Assembly (NCBI RefSeq): GCF_001194135.2
Contig: NC_069003.1
Coordinates: 13,332,680 to 13,396,679, forward strand
From: Octopus bimaculoides
Taxonomy: Eukaryota
Length of the DNA stretch: 64,000 nucleotides
Reading direction: 5' to 3'
Shown here: positions 10,690 through 23,533 of the stretch, one piece after another
Numbering within the stretch: the stretch's first letter is position 1
How the letters are laid out: every line of letters begins with the position of its first letter
Notes under the pieces: model-generated
Told to the model about the DNA's origin: nothing
Seen by the model: only the letters and a program-made list of their open reading frames with translations
The model's database searches: none
Translations under genes and position numbers: made by a program

Positions 10690-12085
10690 TTGAGATGTTG
10701 TGGGAGAGAAGTGTGTACAGTTGGATAATGGCAAACTTGCATTTAGTGATTCTGAAAAGAAAGAGGCATGGAAATTCCACTGTGAAAGCTATTTAAATAT
10801 GGAGAATGCATGGGAGAAGGAAAATCTGTTGTTGATAGTATGATAGATAAAACAGATAAAGATATAAAGACTGGGAAAGGCCCTAGTCCATCAGAAATTA
10901 CTGCCAAGATACTTAAAATATCTGGCAGAGTGGGATAGTGCATGGGAGAAGGATATCTGTTGTTGATAGCAGTATGATAGATAAACAATTAAGGACATGA
11001 TGACTAGGAAAGCCACTGGTCCCTCAGGAATTACTGCCAAGTTGCTTAAAGTATTTGGCAGAGTGGAATAATGATAAATATGATAGATAAAACAATTAGG
11101 GATATGCAACTTCTGGCAGTTTGCTGTGCTTGAGAAGATACCAAACTATTGTCCATGCATACAGTCATGTCCTCTACATCCCTCTCTCAGCCGAGAGATC
11201 CTAGTCTTGCAGGCTCATGGGTGCTGGTGCCATGTAAAAGCACCCACTACACTTAAAGTGGTTAGCATTAGGAAGGGCATCCAGTTGTAGAAACAATGTC
11301 AAAACAGAAATGGAACCCAGGCAGTTCTCCAGCTGGCCAACTCTTATGAAACCATTCAACCCATGCCAGCATGTAGAACAGACGTTAAAAGATGATGATG
11401 ATTAAAGCCTCTGGTCCATCAGGAATTACTGCCAAGATGCTTAAAATATCTGGCAGAGTAGGATAAAGCCTAGTCACACTTATAGTTAATCAGGTTGTCT
11501 TGGAAGGTATCATAGCCACCAACTGGTGTAACAGTATTATAATCAACTGCTTTTCCAAGGATAAAAGAGATATACCTTAGACAGAAGTAATTACAGCAGT
11601 ATCAAATTGCTGGACCAAATCATGAAAGTTACAACTAATTAGGAAGAGAATTAACCTAGATGAGATGTAGTTTGATTTTGTGCCAGGGAGAAACGCTACT
11701 GATGCTCTCTTTATAGTTCAGCAACTGCAAGAGAAGTAGTTAGCCAAAAATAAACCACTGTACATGGTATTTGTCAACATGGAGAAAGCCTTTGACAGGG
11801 TCCCTCACTCGCTCATCTGGTAGTTGCTGCAGAAGCTAGGAGTAGATGAATGGCTGGTGAGAGCCATTCAAACAGTGTACAGGGTTGCTGTCAGTAAGGT
11901 GGGAGTTAGCAATGAGTCTAGGTAGTTCACTAGGGCTCGCTTCTCAGTCTCCTTTATTTATCAGTCCTCTAGGTCTCAACAGAAGTGATTGCCTGTGGGA
12001 GCTCCTCTATGCATGTGATCTTGTGCTTATAACTGAATCTGTAGTAGAACTGATGAAGTTTTCTAAAATCCATCACAAAACAAGA
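10690..12085 (+). mobile_element. RTE-clade LINE fragment (RT N-terminal half) with internal tandem duplications and an inserted RTE-tail element
   Basis: Remnants of GPSGITAKMLK, FDFVPGRNATDALFIVQQLQEK...FVNMEKAFDRVP and LWELLYACDLVL. Homologous to 20060-20660. Confidence 0.9.
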
Positions 12086-12102
12086 GTTTAAAATTTTAAG
12101 AC

Positions 12103-12315
12103 TGTTGTGGAAGGGTTCCGACCACCTGCAAGTGATTAAAAGTGAACTAACATATCGCTATAATTTAAAGAATTGTCAGCAGTTCACGTGAGCAATTGAT
12201 TACAAGCAGTTCACTGTGAGCCGTTGGCAGAGAGTGTTGACCTCGTGTAACAGTAATAGTAGTGTGTCATGTAAATACTTTTTTCCATCTGCTTCATTAA
12301 ATTATATATCCAACA
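12103..12315. mobile_element. Possible solo LTR
   Basis: 213-bp non-simple segment bounded by TGTTG...CAACA, with ATTAAA near the 3' end, interrupting an RTE. No matching TSD (AAGAC vs CCAGG). Confidence 0.3.
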
Positions 12316-12659
12316 CCAGGATATAAAAAAGACCCAATAAGAATAAGATTTGACATTAGGAAGAGCATCAAGCCATAAAAACTATGTCAAATCAGATTGG
12401 AACTGGAGCTTACCATTTTCAGTTACACTGTCTAATCCATGCTAGCATGGAAAGCAGATGCTAAATGATGATGATGATGTTCTTGGTGTGGAAGCAGAAC
12501 CTGGAACCAGAGGACCTTAAGTTAGCTTATCAAAGATCAAAGTTTCAGTAAGCAGGAAAACAGACAAACCACTAATCCCTTCAGGAAACATGGCCCTGCC
12601 CAATATGTAGAAAAGGTCTATGTAGAAATTCCATACAATGTACCCAGTGCAAACCATGG

Positions 12660-13330
12660 AAACATGGGAGGTGCAATGGAATCACAGGAAGATCGACAGA
12701 GAAAGTGGACTTTGTGTGTGACAGATGTACAGGAATAATAAACCCTAAGAACACACAGGATTTCCTTGACTATCTTGGAGGTAATAGATAACTTCTGTAA
12801 CCTAGGTGACCTAATTAACAGTAGAGGAGGATGCTATGAAAGCATAGTCACAAGAATTAGAACTGGCTGGTGAGAGTTCAGAGAGTTATTACCTTTATTG
12901 GTAACAAAAGGCCTCTTGTTCAAGGAGGAAGGCAGACTGTAATGTTTTGTGTGAACAGCAACGCTACATGGTGGTAAAACATGAGCATGAATGTAGAGGA
13001 CATGTGAGGGTTGGAAGGAGGTGGAGCTAGCACGCTGTGCATGATGTGCACCATTAATGTGCATATACAAGAAAATGCAAATGCATTGTGAGAAAAATTT
13101 GACATAAGAGGTATGAGATATGCAAGAGGAGAGACTGCATTAATATGGTCACGTGATACTATGGACAAGGACAGCTGCATAAAGAAATGTCAGTCACTGA
13201 ATGTGGATAGAACCTGTGGTGGAATAGTGAGGAAGGTGTGGGATAAAGTAGTAAAAAGTGACCCCTGAATGTCAAACCTTATGAAGGAAATGATAAAGGA
13301 CTGAGATGACTGGCAATCTGCTATACTTGA
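12660..13330 (+). mobile_element. RTE-clade LINE C-terminal fragment, probably the continuation of 10690-12085
   Basis: Remnants of GGCYESIVTRIRTGW*EFRELLPLLVTKGL and a later WYGHVIL-like segment with KKCQSLNVDRTCG. Confidence 0.8.
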
Positions 13331-13384
13331 ATAATCATGGTTAAGAATTTTGTGGGACAGCCAAGTTGGTTTAGGGTCTGCCAC

Positions 13385-14660
13385 AGACCTTTCCTGCTCA
13401 CAGTGCTGAATGCTTTCATCAGATCGACAAATTGTTACATTAAGTGGTTTGTTTTGCTCCCGATAATGAAAACCATATCTGTTGTGTTCTGTGTTGGCTC
13501 TGGAGGATGGTTTTCAGCAATGGACAGAACAAGTCTGTTGAGGAGTAGTTTTGCTAGAACTTTTCCTACAGTAGAATGCAGGGTGATCCCCTGGTAGTTT
13601 GAGCAGTCTGACTTTTCCCCTTTGTTTTTGTATAGTGTAATGATGGCAGCATTGCGGAGATCTTGTGGCAGCTTTCCCTGTTCCCAGCATGCAACAAGGA
13701 GCTCATGGAGTTTAGCATGTATGACAGGACCTCCATACTTCCATATCTCTGATGGTATGCCATCGACTCTTGTTGCCTTTCTGCTCTTCAGCCAGCCTAT
13801 GGCAACTGTGGTCTCTTCCAGGGTTGGAGGCTCATCTAATTCCACTCTGACTGGTTGCTGCTTGATATGGAAGATTGCATTTTCTTGGACAACTCGGTTT
13901 GCACTGAAGAGGGCCTGAAAATATTCAGACCAGGATGGATGCTGTGTCTGTGAGAAGCACCTGGCCATCTGAGCTGCGCAGGGGACTCCAGACTTAATGT
14001 ACTAGGCCGTAGACTTCTTTGAGAGCTTCATAGAACCCCTGTAGTCGCCAGAGTCAACGCACAGCTGGGTTCTCCATGCAAGGTTGGTCTACCACTCATT
14101 TTGAACTTTGGAGTTTGCGCTGCAGAAAGTTGCAGGCTTGGCGAAAGGCTACTTTTTTTTCTAGGTAGGTCAGTTGTACCAGGTGTGCTTGGTGGACAGA
14201 CCTCTTCTTCTTTAATAATTCCTGGATCAGCACATCATTTTCATCAAACCAATCCTTGTTCTTTTTCTTTGTAAACCCAAGGATTTCTGCAGAGGTCTGT
14301 AGAATGGCGGTTTTCAGTTGTTCCCATAGAATTTCTGGAGAGGGATCTGAGGGGTGATTGGATTTATCAAGCTTTGGTTGTAGTCCTGCCTGGAAGTTTA
14401 CTTTCATTTCATTTATCTGCAGATCTCTAGTTTTAATTTTCTTTTTGTTGGTTTGGGCTTGAAGTGGGGTTTGAATTTGCAACGGACCAGGCAATGGTCA
14501 GTATGGCATTCTGTGCTAGGCATCACTCTAGTGTTTTCATCGGGGATGCATCCAGGTTGTTTTCAGACTGTCTCTTTGCTGGAAGATGGTATTGGTGATG
14601 ACGAGCTGATGTTCGGTGCAAAACTCATGCTGAGCAAAATGCTTAGTGGCATTTCGTCCA
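13385..14660 (-). mobile_element. Second RTE-clade LINE family (BovB/AviRTE-like), endonuclease-RT linker and RT N-terminus
   Basis: ORF 13435-13968 contains DEPPTLEET...DGIPSEIWKYGG...WEQGKLPQDLRNAAIITLYKNKGEKSDCSNYQGITL. ORF 14096-14494 contains WEQLKTAILQTSAEILGFTKKKNKDWFDEND. Confidence 0.9.
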
Positions 14661-15587
14661 TCTTTATGTTCTGAGTTCAAATTCTGCCGAGGTCAGCTTT
14701 GCCTTTCATCTTTTTGGGGTTGATAAAATATCCTATCAGTTTCTTGTGCTGAATTGCTGAAAATAAATAAATATTAGGGTCGATTCATTCAACTAAAAAT
14801 CCTTCAGTGTGGCGCTCCAGCATGGCCAGAGTCTAATGAGTGAAGTAAGTAAAAGGTATATCCTACTATGTTATACATCATTATCTGGCGCATGCAGGAT
14901 AGTAAACTCTCACCTAGGGGAAGACATGGTAGAATTGGAGGGGTGGGGTTGGGTTTGATCTGTCTGTCAAGCCTTGTCATTTGGCCTTCTGTCTTTGTAC
15001 TATAGGACTACTGGATCTGGGCTGACCTAGAGTTAAACAACAACAGCTTCTCATATTTCTGCTACCTTCTTACACTGCATTACTGTTTTATAGCAGCTGA
15101 AAGAAGGCTAATGTCTGTGTGTTTATACACATTCACATACGCACAATATTGAACAGTGCTTTGTTTTGAGTTTCATTGATTTTATATTGTCTGGAATTTA
15201 TTGAAATGGTTTGGAAATAATAGTTTATGATTTTCATTCTTACCAGGGAGGAGTATGTGCTGCAAAAGTGTGTGTGTATGTGTGTGTATATCAGACATTG
15301 GCAACTGTTTTCGAGAAGCAGTTTACATTCAAAGTAATTCTTCTAAGGCACATCATTCAAAAAGTCCTGCGGATCATAGTTTTCCCAACAGACATGGCTC
15401 ATGGTAAGAAGTTTGTTTCTCAACCACATGGTTCTGGGTTCAATCCCATTGCATGGTACCTTGGGCAAGTGTCTTCTACTATAGCTTCAGGCTGACCAAA
15501 GCCTTGTGAGTGGATTTGGTAGATGGAAACTGAAAGAAGCTCTTGATATATATATATATATATATCATCATCATCATCATCATCATC

Positions 15588-16243
15588 ATCGTTTAACGTC
15601 CGCTTTCCATGCTAGCATGGGTTGGACGATTTGACTGAGGACTGGTGAAACCGGATGGCAACACCGGGCTCCAATCTAATTTGGCAGAGTTTCTACAGCT
15701 GGATGCCCTTCCTAACGCCAACCACTCAGAGAGTGTAGTGGGTGCTTTTACGTGTCACCCGCACGAAAACGGCCACGCTCGAAATGGTGTCTTTTATGTG
15801 CCACCCGCACAAGCCAGTCCAAGGGCACTGGCAACGATCTCACTCGAAAATCCTACGGGAGCCAGTCAGGCGGTACTGGCAACGGCCACGCTCAAAATGG
15901 TGCATCTCATGTGCCACCCGCACAAGAGCCAGTCCAGGGGCACTGGCAACGATCTTACTTGGGATTGCACCTAGAAAGTTACCCTCCGAGGCACAAGTCC
16001 GGGCAAGGTTGTTTTATGGAAGGCCAGCTGTTGCCCATGCATACCAGCCTCCCCTGTTATCCAATAGAAAGGCACAGGTCAATAGAGCTTGGCATCAGTG
16101 ATGTTACAACCCATTTCTACAGCTGAGTGAACTGGAGCAACATGAAATAAAAGTGTCTCACTCAAGAACATAACACACAACCCAGTCTGGGAATCGAACT
16201 CACTACCTCATGATTGTGAGCCCGACGTTCTAACCACTGAGCC
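15588..16243 (-). mobile_element. Composite tRNA-headed SINE with an internally duplicated middle and a young RTE-type tail
   Basis: Minus-strand head GGCTCAGTGGTTAGAACGTCGGGC...GAGTTCGATTCCC. The middle has two copies of GGCCACGCTC..AAATGGTG....ATGTGCCACCCGCACAAG..CCAGTCCA.GGGCACTGGCAACGATC. The CpG-rich tail ends in (GAT)n. The head and body are homologous to 28590-28860. Confidence 0.8.
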
Positions 16244-16670
16244 CTGGTGTGTGTGTGTGTCTTTGTGTCTGTGTTTACCCCTCCTCTTACTTGACAACTG
16301 GTGCTGGTGTGTTTACATCCCTGTAACTTAGCAGTTTGACAAAACAAACTGATAGAATAAATATCAGGCTTTAAAAAATAAGTATTAGGGTTGATTCACT
16401 TGACTAAAAAGTTCTCCAAGGTGGTGTCCCAGCATGGCTGCAGTCTAATGATAATGCACACACACACACACACACAATCATCATCAATGTTTGCTTCACC
16501 ATGATTGCACAAGTCAGACATTTCTATGGCCCGATGCCATATCACCAACCCTCATCTGTTTTGAAGCAAGGCAGTATATGTTGACTGAGAGTTTCCTGCT
16601 TGATTTTGGTCCAGAGAACTTGCAATTTCCTTCTACCAAATTTACTTGCAAAGCATTGGTTGGCCTAGGC

Positions 16671-16993
16671 CAGGCCTGGCCAACTCGGATTACATTGCAA
16701 GTCACTTTAATCACAGAAAGTATTTTGAGAGTTGCTTGTATATTTTATGCACTAATAGTCAAATAATCAAATTACAAAATCAAATATTTTTCATACTTTT
16801 TGTTTGTTAAAAATTATAAAATTGTAACGATAGTATATTTCTTTTTTACTTTTGTATTACAATCTTTAATTTTTGATAAATTTTTTTAAAATGTTTCTTG
16901 GATTAAATCCATTTCAAGAAAGTATCAAGTAGGCTGCAAGATAAAAGTTTATGGGACGCATACGGCCCATGGGCCTCAGGTTGGCCAGCCCTG
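16671..16993. mobile_element. hAT-type MITE (323 bp) inserted into a SINE
   Basis: TIRs CAGGCCTGGCCAAC / GTTGGCCAGCCCTG. Perfect 8-bp TSD GCCTAGGC at 16663-16670 and 16994-17001. Family A SINE sequence resumes on both sides. Confidence 0.92.
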
Positions 16994-19189
16994 GCCTAGG
17001 CTATAGTGGTAGAAGATGCTCAAGATGCTATGCAGTGAGCAGGGAGTTATTGTTTGTCCTAGGGATGACTTTAACTGCATCTGGTAGTGGGGCCTTGGTT
17101 TGGGAGTTCTATGATTTTGAGGAGTGTGGAACCAGCTCTTAGCCACTATTGTCCCCAGGTCTGCTCTGACCTTGAGTAGTAGCATCTGTCAGGGTCCTGG
17201 TTATGGCTTAATTAGTGAGTTATGGAAGAATCTCATAAGCATAAATCCTCATTGCTTTTTAAGTGTCTTAAGAAAGAAGGAGGCTAGGGGAATCAACCTC
17301 AACAGTAAATCAAGGAGTGGAACCCCTCAAGTGATCCAGTGCCCTTTTTGATGCCCTTCAGGCCACTCCAAGGTAGGTGGGGCTCTCCAGCCCTGCAATG
17401 CAATTTGCCTAGAAGAAAGCTACTCTAATGTAAAAACCAAGTTTGCTGATCATAGACAGACATCTTAACTCGCTGAGCCACTGTGGTCATACTTCCGAGT
17501 CTGACCCGTTAGTATTCAGATTACTATGTCAAAGATAATGCTTATTTATTCACACAGTTTTGAATTAATCTTTCTTTTACTTGTTTCAGTCATTAGACTG
17601 GCCAGGCTGGGACACTGCTTCGAAGAATTTTGGTTGAATGAATCAACTTCAAAACTTAAAAAAAATTTTAAAGCCTGGTACTGGTTTCTTTTGCCAAACT
17701 GTGATGGGCTTCTTTTGGTTTCTGTCTTAAATCCACTCTTAAGACTTTGGTCAGCCTGAGGCTATAGTACAAGACACTTGCCCAAGGTGCCATGCAGTGG
17801 AACTGAACCCAGAACCATGTGGTTGGAAAGCAAGCTTCTTACCACACAGCCACTCCTCATGCATTATTTTGTAGCTTCAAAATTTTGATGAAGTGATTGC
17901 TTACTTTTAGAATGACATTGCAGGATAGATGTGAGAGGCCAAATCTAGATGCTTTGAAATAAAGCAAGGTAGAATATTTGGGCTGGATATGGCCAGTTTA
18001 AAGGCTAAACGTGTAAAGAGTTGGATCAGATTGCACAGACTGATTCTCACTTTAAAACTACTCAGTGTAGGCAGGATGAAGAGGCCTGCAGCATCAAGAA
18101 TTGTTTTACCTAGTCACTTGCTGTCACATGATTCACAGATACAAAGAAACTGCCATCACCATCATCATTTAATTTTAGGTTCCCACTGATGTCACTGCAA
18201 TCTTCAGCAGCCCATAACATACTGAGGAAGCATGAGTCTATGGAGACGAGAAACACGAATCTGTGGTCTGTTGACCTGCCTCTTGGATGTATCTGTGTCA
18301 GAGTTCAGTGACCTTCAGTGTCAGCTTGGCCTACGTGTTGACAGTTTGCCTGCTCTGTCTATTAATATATTTAGGAAGTTTAATCCTCTATTTAATTGTC
18401 TATTGTTAAAACTTCCAGTAGGATGTGAAAGGTTGCAAGAATTCAACCACAAAAAATAAATAAAATAACCATTGGCCAGTGCATTTATTCATGGTTACCA
18501 CTGAAGGATCGGTTTATTTTGAATATTATTTATATGTCAATCAACCAGGATATTACTTTGTCAGTCTGCGTCCTATGTATTGGGTGCAGTATGTGGCAAG
18601 TGTGTCACGTCATGTACAAGGCTGTGGTGGAGGTGGTGGTGGTGGTATAACAGTTGTGACGTGTGTCGGAGGGGCACTCGTGTCATGTTACTTAGTGTAT
18701 CCTGTGGTAGCGGCAACATTTTGTGCAGCGTGACCTTCATGCCATATTCTTTGGTGTATTGTACAGCAGTTGTACCATATATATTTATATATCTTGCTTC
18801 AGATATTAGAGTGTGGCCATGCTGGGGCAGCACCTTGAAGAATTTTTAGTTGAATGAATTGACCCCAGAACTTTCTCTTTCTTAAAACCTGGTACTTATT
18901 CTGTTGTTCTCTTTTGCTGAACTGCTAAGTTACAGGGATGTAGAGACACCAACACCGGTTGTCAACCAGGTGGTGGGGAACAAACGCAGATACGAAAACA
19001 TAAACACACATGATGGGCTTCTTTCAGTTTATGTCCACCAAATCCACTCACAAGGCTTTGGTCTGCTCAAGGCTATAGAAGACACTTGCCAAAGGTGTCA
19101 TGCAGTGCACTTGAACTCAGAACCATGTGGTTGAGAAGCAAACTTCTTACCATACAGCCATATATATATATCTGTGATGCAAATGATCT

Positions 19190-20660
19190 TATGATCTGCA
19201 ATACTAACTTCAGGAAACCTGTCAGTCATCTGTTCACCTACCAGTCTGGTGGGTACACTAGTCAGATTGACTACATTGTCACTAAGAACTGAGAAAGATG
19301 GCTGCTTATAAACGCCAAAACTTTCCCAGGTGAAGAATGCACCCCACAACATAGATTAGTAGTTAGCAACTTCAGGATTGGGGCTAAATGACTGCCCAGA
19401 AGATGACCAGTGTGGAAAAGAAGGGTCTGGAAGCTTAAGGGTCTTCTGAATGGACAGAGATTTAGAGACATATTACTTGAAGCCTTTGACGAAAAAAAGA
19501 GGAGGATATAGCATCATATAATGTGGAGGACAACTGGAAGTTCCTACGGGACAACCTGTTGAGGGCTACTGACCAGATATGTGGCTGGTGCAAAATCCCC
19601 TTTCAACCTAAGGTGGAACAATGTAGTTGAGAGGGCCATTATGGAAAAGAAACAGGCATGGAAGGACTGGAACTGTGGTGGTAGCAGGGAATTGTATCAG
19701 ATTGCCAGAAGGGAAACTAGGAGACAGGTTTACTTAGCCAGAGGGAAAACAGATAAGAAAAAAATTTACCAATGTTCTAGATCATGAGAACCAGAGACTT
19801 GAAGTGTTTCAAATTGCAAGACAGTGTGTGAGAGAAAATTGTGATGTCACAGGAGAGAAATGTCCACATGGATGATGGCTCACTTGCATTTAATGAGGTT
19901 GCAAAGAGAGAGATTTGGAGACACCACTATGAAAGGTTGCTAAATGAAGAGAATGAATGGGAGAAAGAGAGTCTGCCACATGTTGATCCAACAGAGGGAC
20001 CAACTATTTGAATTGACAGTACCTTGGTAGATAAAGCAATTAAGGGTATGAAAACAGGGAAATCCCTCGGCCCATGAGGAATCACTGCTGTAATGCTTAA
20101 AATATCTGGCAGTGTAGTCACCCTTATAGTTAACCAGGTGATACATGAAGGAGTCATACCCAATGACTGGTGTGGCAGCACTATAGTCAAATGCTGCAAA
20201 GGTAAAGGTGATACATTTGATAAAAATAATCACAGAGCTATCAAATTATTGGATCAGGTAATGAAAGTCACAGAGAGGGTTATAACCTAAGTAATTAAGG
20301 AGAGAGTTAGTTTAGATGAGACGGTTTGTTCAGGGAGAAGCACCACTGATGCTATATTTCTGGTAAGACAGCTGCAGGAGAAATATCTTGCTGAAGATAA
20401 ACCTCTGTACTTGGCTTTCGTTGACATGGAGAAAGCCTTTGACAGGGTCCCCTGATCATTTATCTGGTGGTCAATGTGGAAACTAGGGATAGATGAGTGG
20501 TTGATGAGAGCTGTACAGGCTATGTACAGGGATGCTGTTGGTAAGGTGAGGTTCAACAACAAGAATAGTGAAGAATTCTGGGTAGGAGTAGAGGTTCAGC
20601 AAGGATCAGTCTTCAGCCCCCACTTATTTATCATAGTCCTCCAGGCAATAACAGAGCTGG
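19190..20660 (+). mobile_element. RTE-clade LINE fragment (endonuclease C-terminus to RT), degenerate
   Basis: Remnants include AKTFPGEECTPQHRLVV; GVIPNDWCGSTIVKCCKGKGD...NHRAIKLLDQVMKVTERV; STTDAIFLVRQLQEKY...AFVDMEKAFDRVP; QQGSVFSPHLFIIVL. Confidence 0.93.
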
Positions 20661-20830
20661 GAGTTTTTCTGCTGAGTGGTTGGTGTTAGGAAGGGCATCT
20701 GGCTGTGAAAACCTGCCAAAACAGTCACAGAAGTCTGGTGCAGGCTTCTGCCTGGCTGGCTCCTGTCAAACCATCCCACCCATGCCGGTATGGAAGGCAG
20801 ATGTTAAGTGATGATTATATATATATATAT

Positions 20831-21631
20831 NNNNNNNNNNNNNNNNNNNNNNNNNNNNNNNNNNNNNNNNNNNNNNNNNNNNNNNNNNNNNNNNNNNNNN
20901 NNNNNNNNNNNNNNNNNNNNNNNNNNNNNNNNNNNNNNNNNNNNNNNNNNNNNNNNNNNNNNNNNNNNNNNNNNNNNNNNNNNNNNNNNNNNNNNNNNNN
21001 NNNNNNNNNNNNNNNNNNNNNNNNNNNNNNNNNNNNNNNNNNNNNNNNNNNNNNNNNNNNNNNNNNNNNNNNNNNNNNNNNNNNNNNNNNNNNNNNNNNN
21101 NNNNNNNNNNNNNNNNNNNNNNNNNNNNNNNNNNNNNNNNNNNNNNNNNNNNNNNNNNNNNNNNNNNNNNNNNNNNNNNNNNNNNNNNNNNNNNNNNNNN
21201 NNNNNNNNNNNNNNNNNNNNNNNNNNNNNNNNNNNNNNNNNNNNNNNNNNNNNNNNNNNNNNNNNNNNNNNNNNNNNNNNNNNNNNNNNNNNNNNNNNNN
21301 NNNNNNNNNNNNNNNNNNNNNNNNNNNNNNNNNNNNNNNNNNNNNNNNNNNNNNNNNNNNNNNNNNNNNNNNNNNNNNNNNNNNNNNNNNNNNNNNNNNN
21401 NNNNNNNNNNNNNNNNNNNNNNNNNNNNNNNNNNNNNNNNNNNNNNNNNNNNNNNNNNNNNNNNNNNNNNNNNNNNNNNNNNNNNNNNNNNNNNNNNNNN
21501 NNNNNNNNNNNNNNNNNNNNNNNNNNNNNNNNNNNNNNNNNNNNNNNNNNNNNNNNNNNNNNNNNNNNNNNNNNNNNNNNNNNNNNNNNNNNNNNNNNNN
21601 NNNNNNNNNNNNNNNNNNNNNNNNNNNNNNN
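20831..21631. other. Assembly gap (N run)
   Basis: Run of N. The long poly-X ORFs in the track are artefacts of it. Confidence 0.99.
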
Positions 21632-21792
21632 GGTGGCAGCTGATGAAGGGGATGTTTCTATGCGGCCTGCTTGTTTGTTGCACCTTGTTTACCATTTTGT
21701 CCTTGTTCTTTTGCCACGTCATGTACCTATATGTACATGTAGATGAACGTATATACATACATGTACATATATATGCATATACTCATATATTG

Positions 21793-21832
<40 letters not shown>

Positions 21833-23533
21833 AAGATTATTTGCCAACATAATATGGCAGTCCTGATTAGGACGGATGTTACTGTTATTTAGCCCCAGGA
21901 AACATTGTCTCCAACTGACTACCAACGCACTATCTGCATCCTTATATTTTCAAACAAGAGAGCTTAGTGTCCCCACTTAGCTCAAAGCAATATCTGTGTA
22001 CCAATGGTTTCTGTGCAATGTAGCTAATTTCCAGGGAGAGAAGAATCAACCCTAATATAATAAATAGCATTATTTATTGAACATCCTCTCTTATTCTTAT
22101 CTTGATATGCTCTAGCATCCTCATGCTGCCTTCTCTATCTTCTTATCAGCTTTTCCCACCCTTATATAATATGGAGTAGCAAAGTATCTTCTCTATAGTA
22201 AGATACCTTGCTTGTCCCTCTATCATACTTTAGCTTCTTGACACCTGGCATAAAACATTTAATATCCATCTTCCATGCTGGCATGGGCCGGATGATTTGA
22301 CAGGAATCAGTGGACCCAAAGAAGGTGTACATTGTGCTCCAGTGTCAGTTTGGGAATGATTTCTATGGCTGAATATCCTTCCTAACACCAAACCGTTTTA
22401 CAGTATGTGCTGGGTGCTTTTTTTGTACTACAGGTACTAGTGGGGTCGCCATGTGGCTCACAAGACTGAAAACACTGAGCAGGCTTTAAAAAAAGAAAAT
22501 GTACTCGGGTAATTTATCAAAGAGTTTGGTTGAACAACTTGCTCCAGTACTTATCTTGTTTTTTAAAGCCTGGTACTTTTTCTGTTGAACTCTTTTGCCA
22601 AATTGTTAAGTTACAAGGATGCAAAAAGACCAACACTGGTTGTCAATCAGTGGACACCATTACACACACGATGGGCTTCTTTCAGTTTCTGTCTATCAAA
22701 TTCATTGACATGGCTTTTGTCAGCATGAGGCTGTAATAGAAGAGACTTACCCAAGTTGCCATGCAGTGGGACTGAACCCAGAACCATGTTGTAGGGAAGC
22801 AAACTTTTTATTACACAGCCACACTCGCACCTATGCTTTCTTTTAGTTGCAAATAATCTAACAATTTAGAGGGTATTTAGTGGAAAAAAGGCCCCAACTA
22901 ACTTTTCCATTATTCAGCTGGTGAGCAGTCATGTTGCTCCTCTATAGCAAGAAACCCATTCTCCTCCAGCCCTTTCTCTCATACTTTACCCCTCTCTACT
23001 CTTTATTCTCAAAACATGAAGTTTCCCCCTCCTCACTCAGAGTTTGCAGTCTTGTGAGTCACATGGTGACCTCACTGGTGCTTGTAGCGCAAAAAAAGTA
23101 CCCGGCAGTTGGTGTTAGGAAGAGCATCTAGCCATAGAAACCATGTCGAAACTGATATTGGAGTATGATGCACTCCTTGGGACCCATTGAATCCTGTCAA
23201 GCTATCCAACCCATGCTAGCATGGAACATGGACATCAAATGATGATATTATTGTTGATGATGATGATGATATATGGATGTGGAACAAAATAAAATTTCTC
23301 CTATATAATTAAATTATAATTGGATGGTTTTTCTTTAAATACAATTATCTCAAATTGGGCGTAATTTTGTGTCATAAAACAGAAAGTGGTTTCAAGCAAG
23401 ATCTTATCAAAAAAGTGTTTTAACCTTACTGTCATCAACTTATTTGAAACCACACCTGGTTATACAATACAAACATCTGATTTTAAAGTGATCTGAATTT
23501 AAACATTCTATCAAAATTCCATATTAATTTTTA

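Noticed and set aside
16180-16243. tRNA genes suggested by A/B-box motifs here and at many other sites
   Set aside because: They lack cloverleaf 3' halves and run into SINE bodies, so they are SINE heads.
20705-21758. 300+ aa ORFs in the track (also 37653-38186 and 42253-43469)
   Set aside because: They are runs of X from N gaps, not coding sequence.
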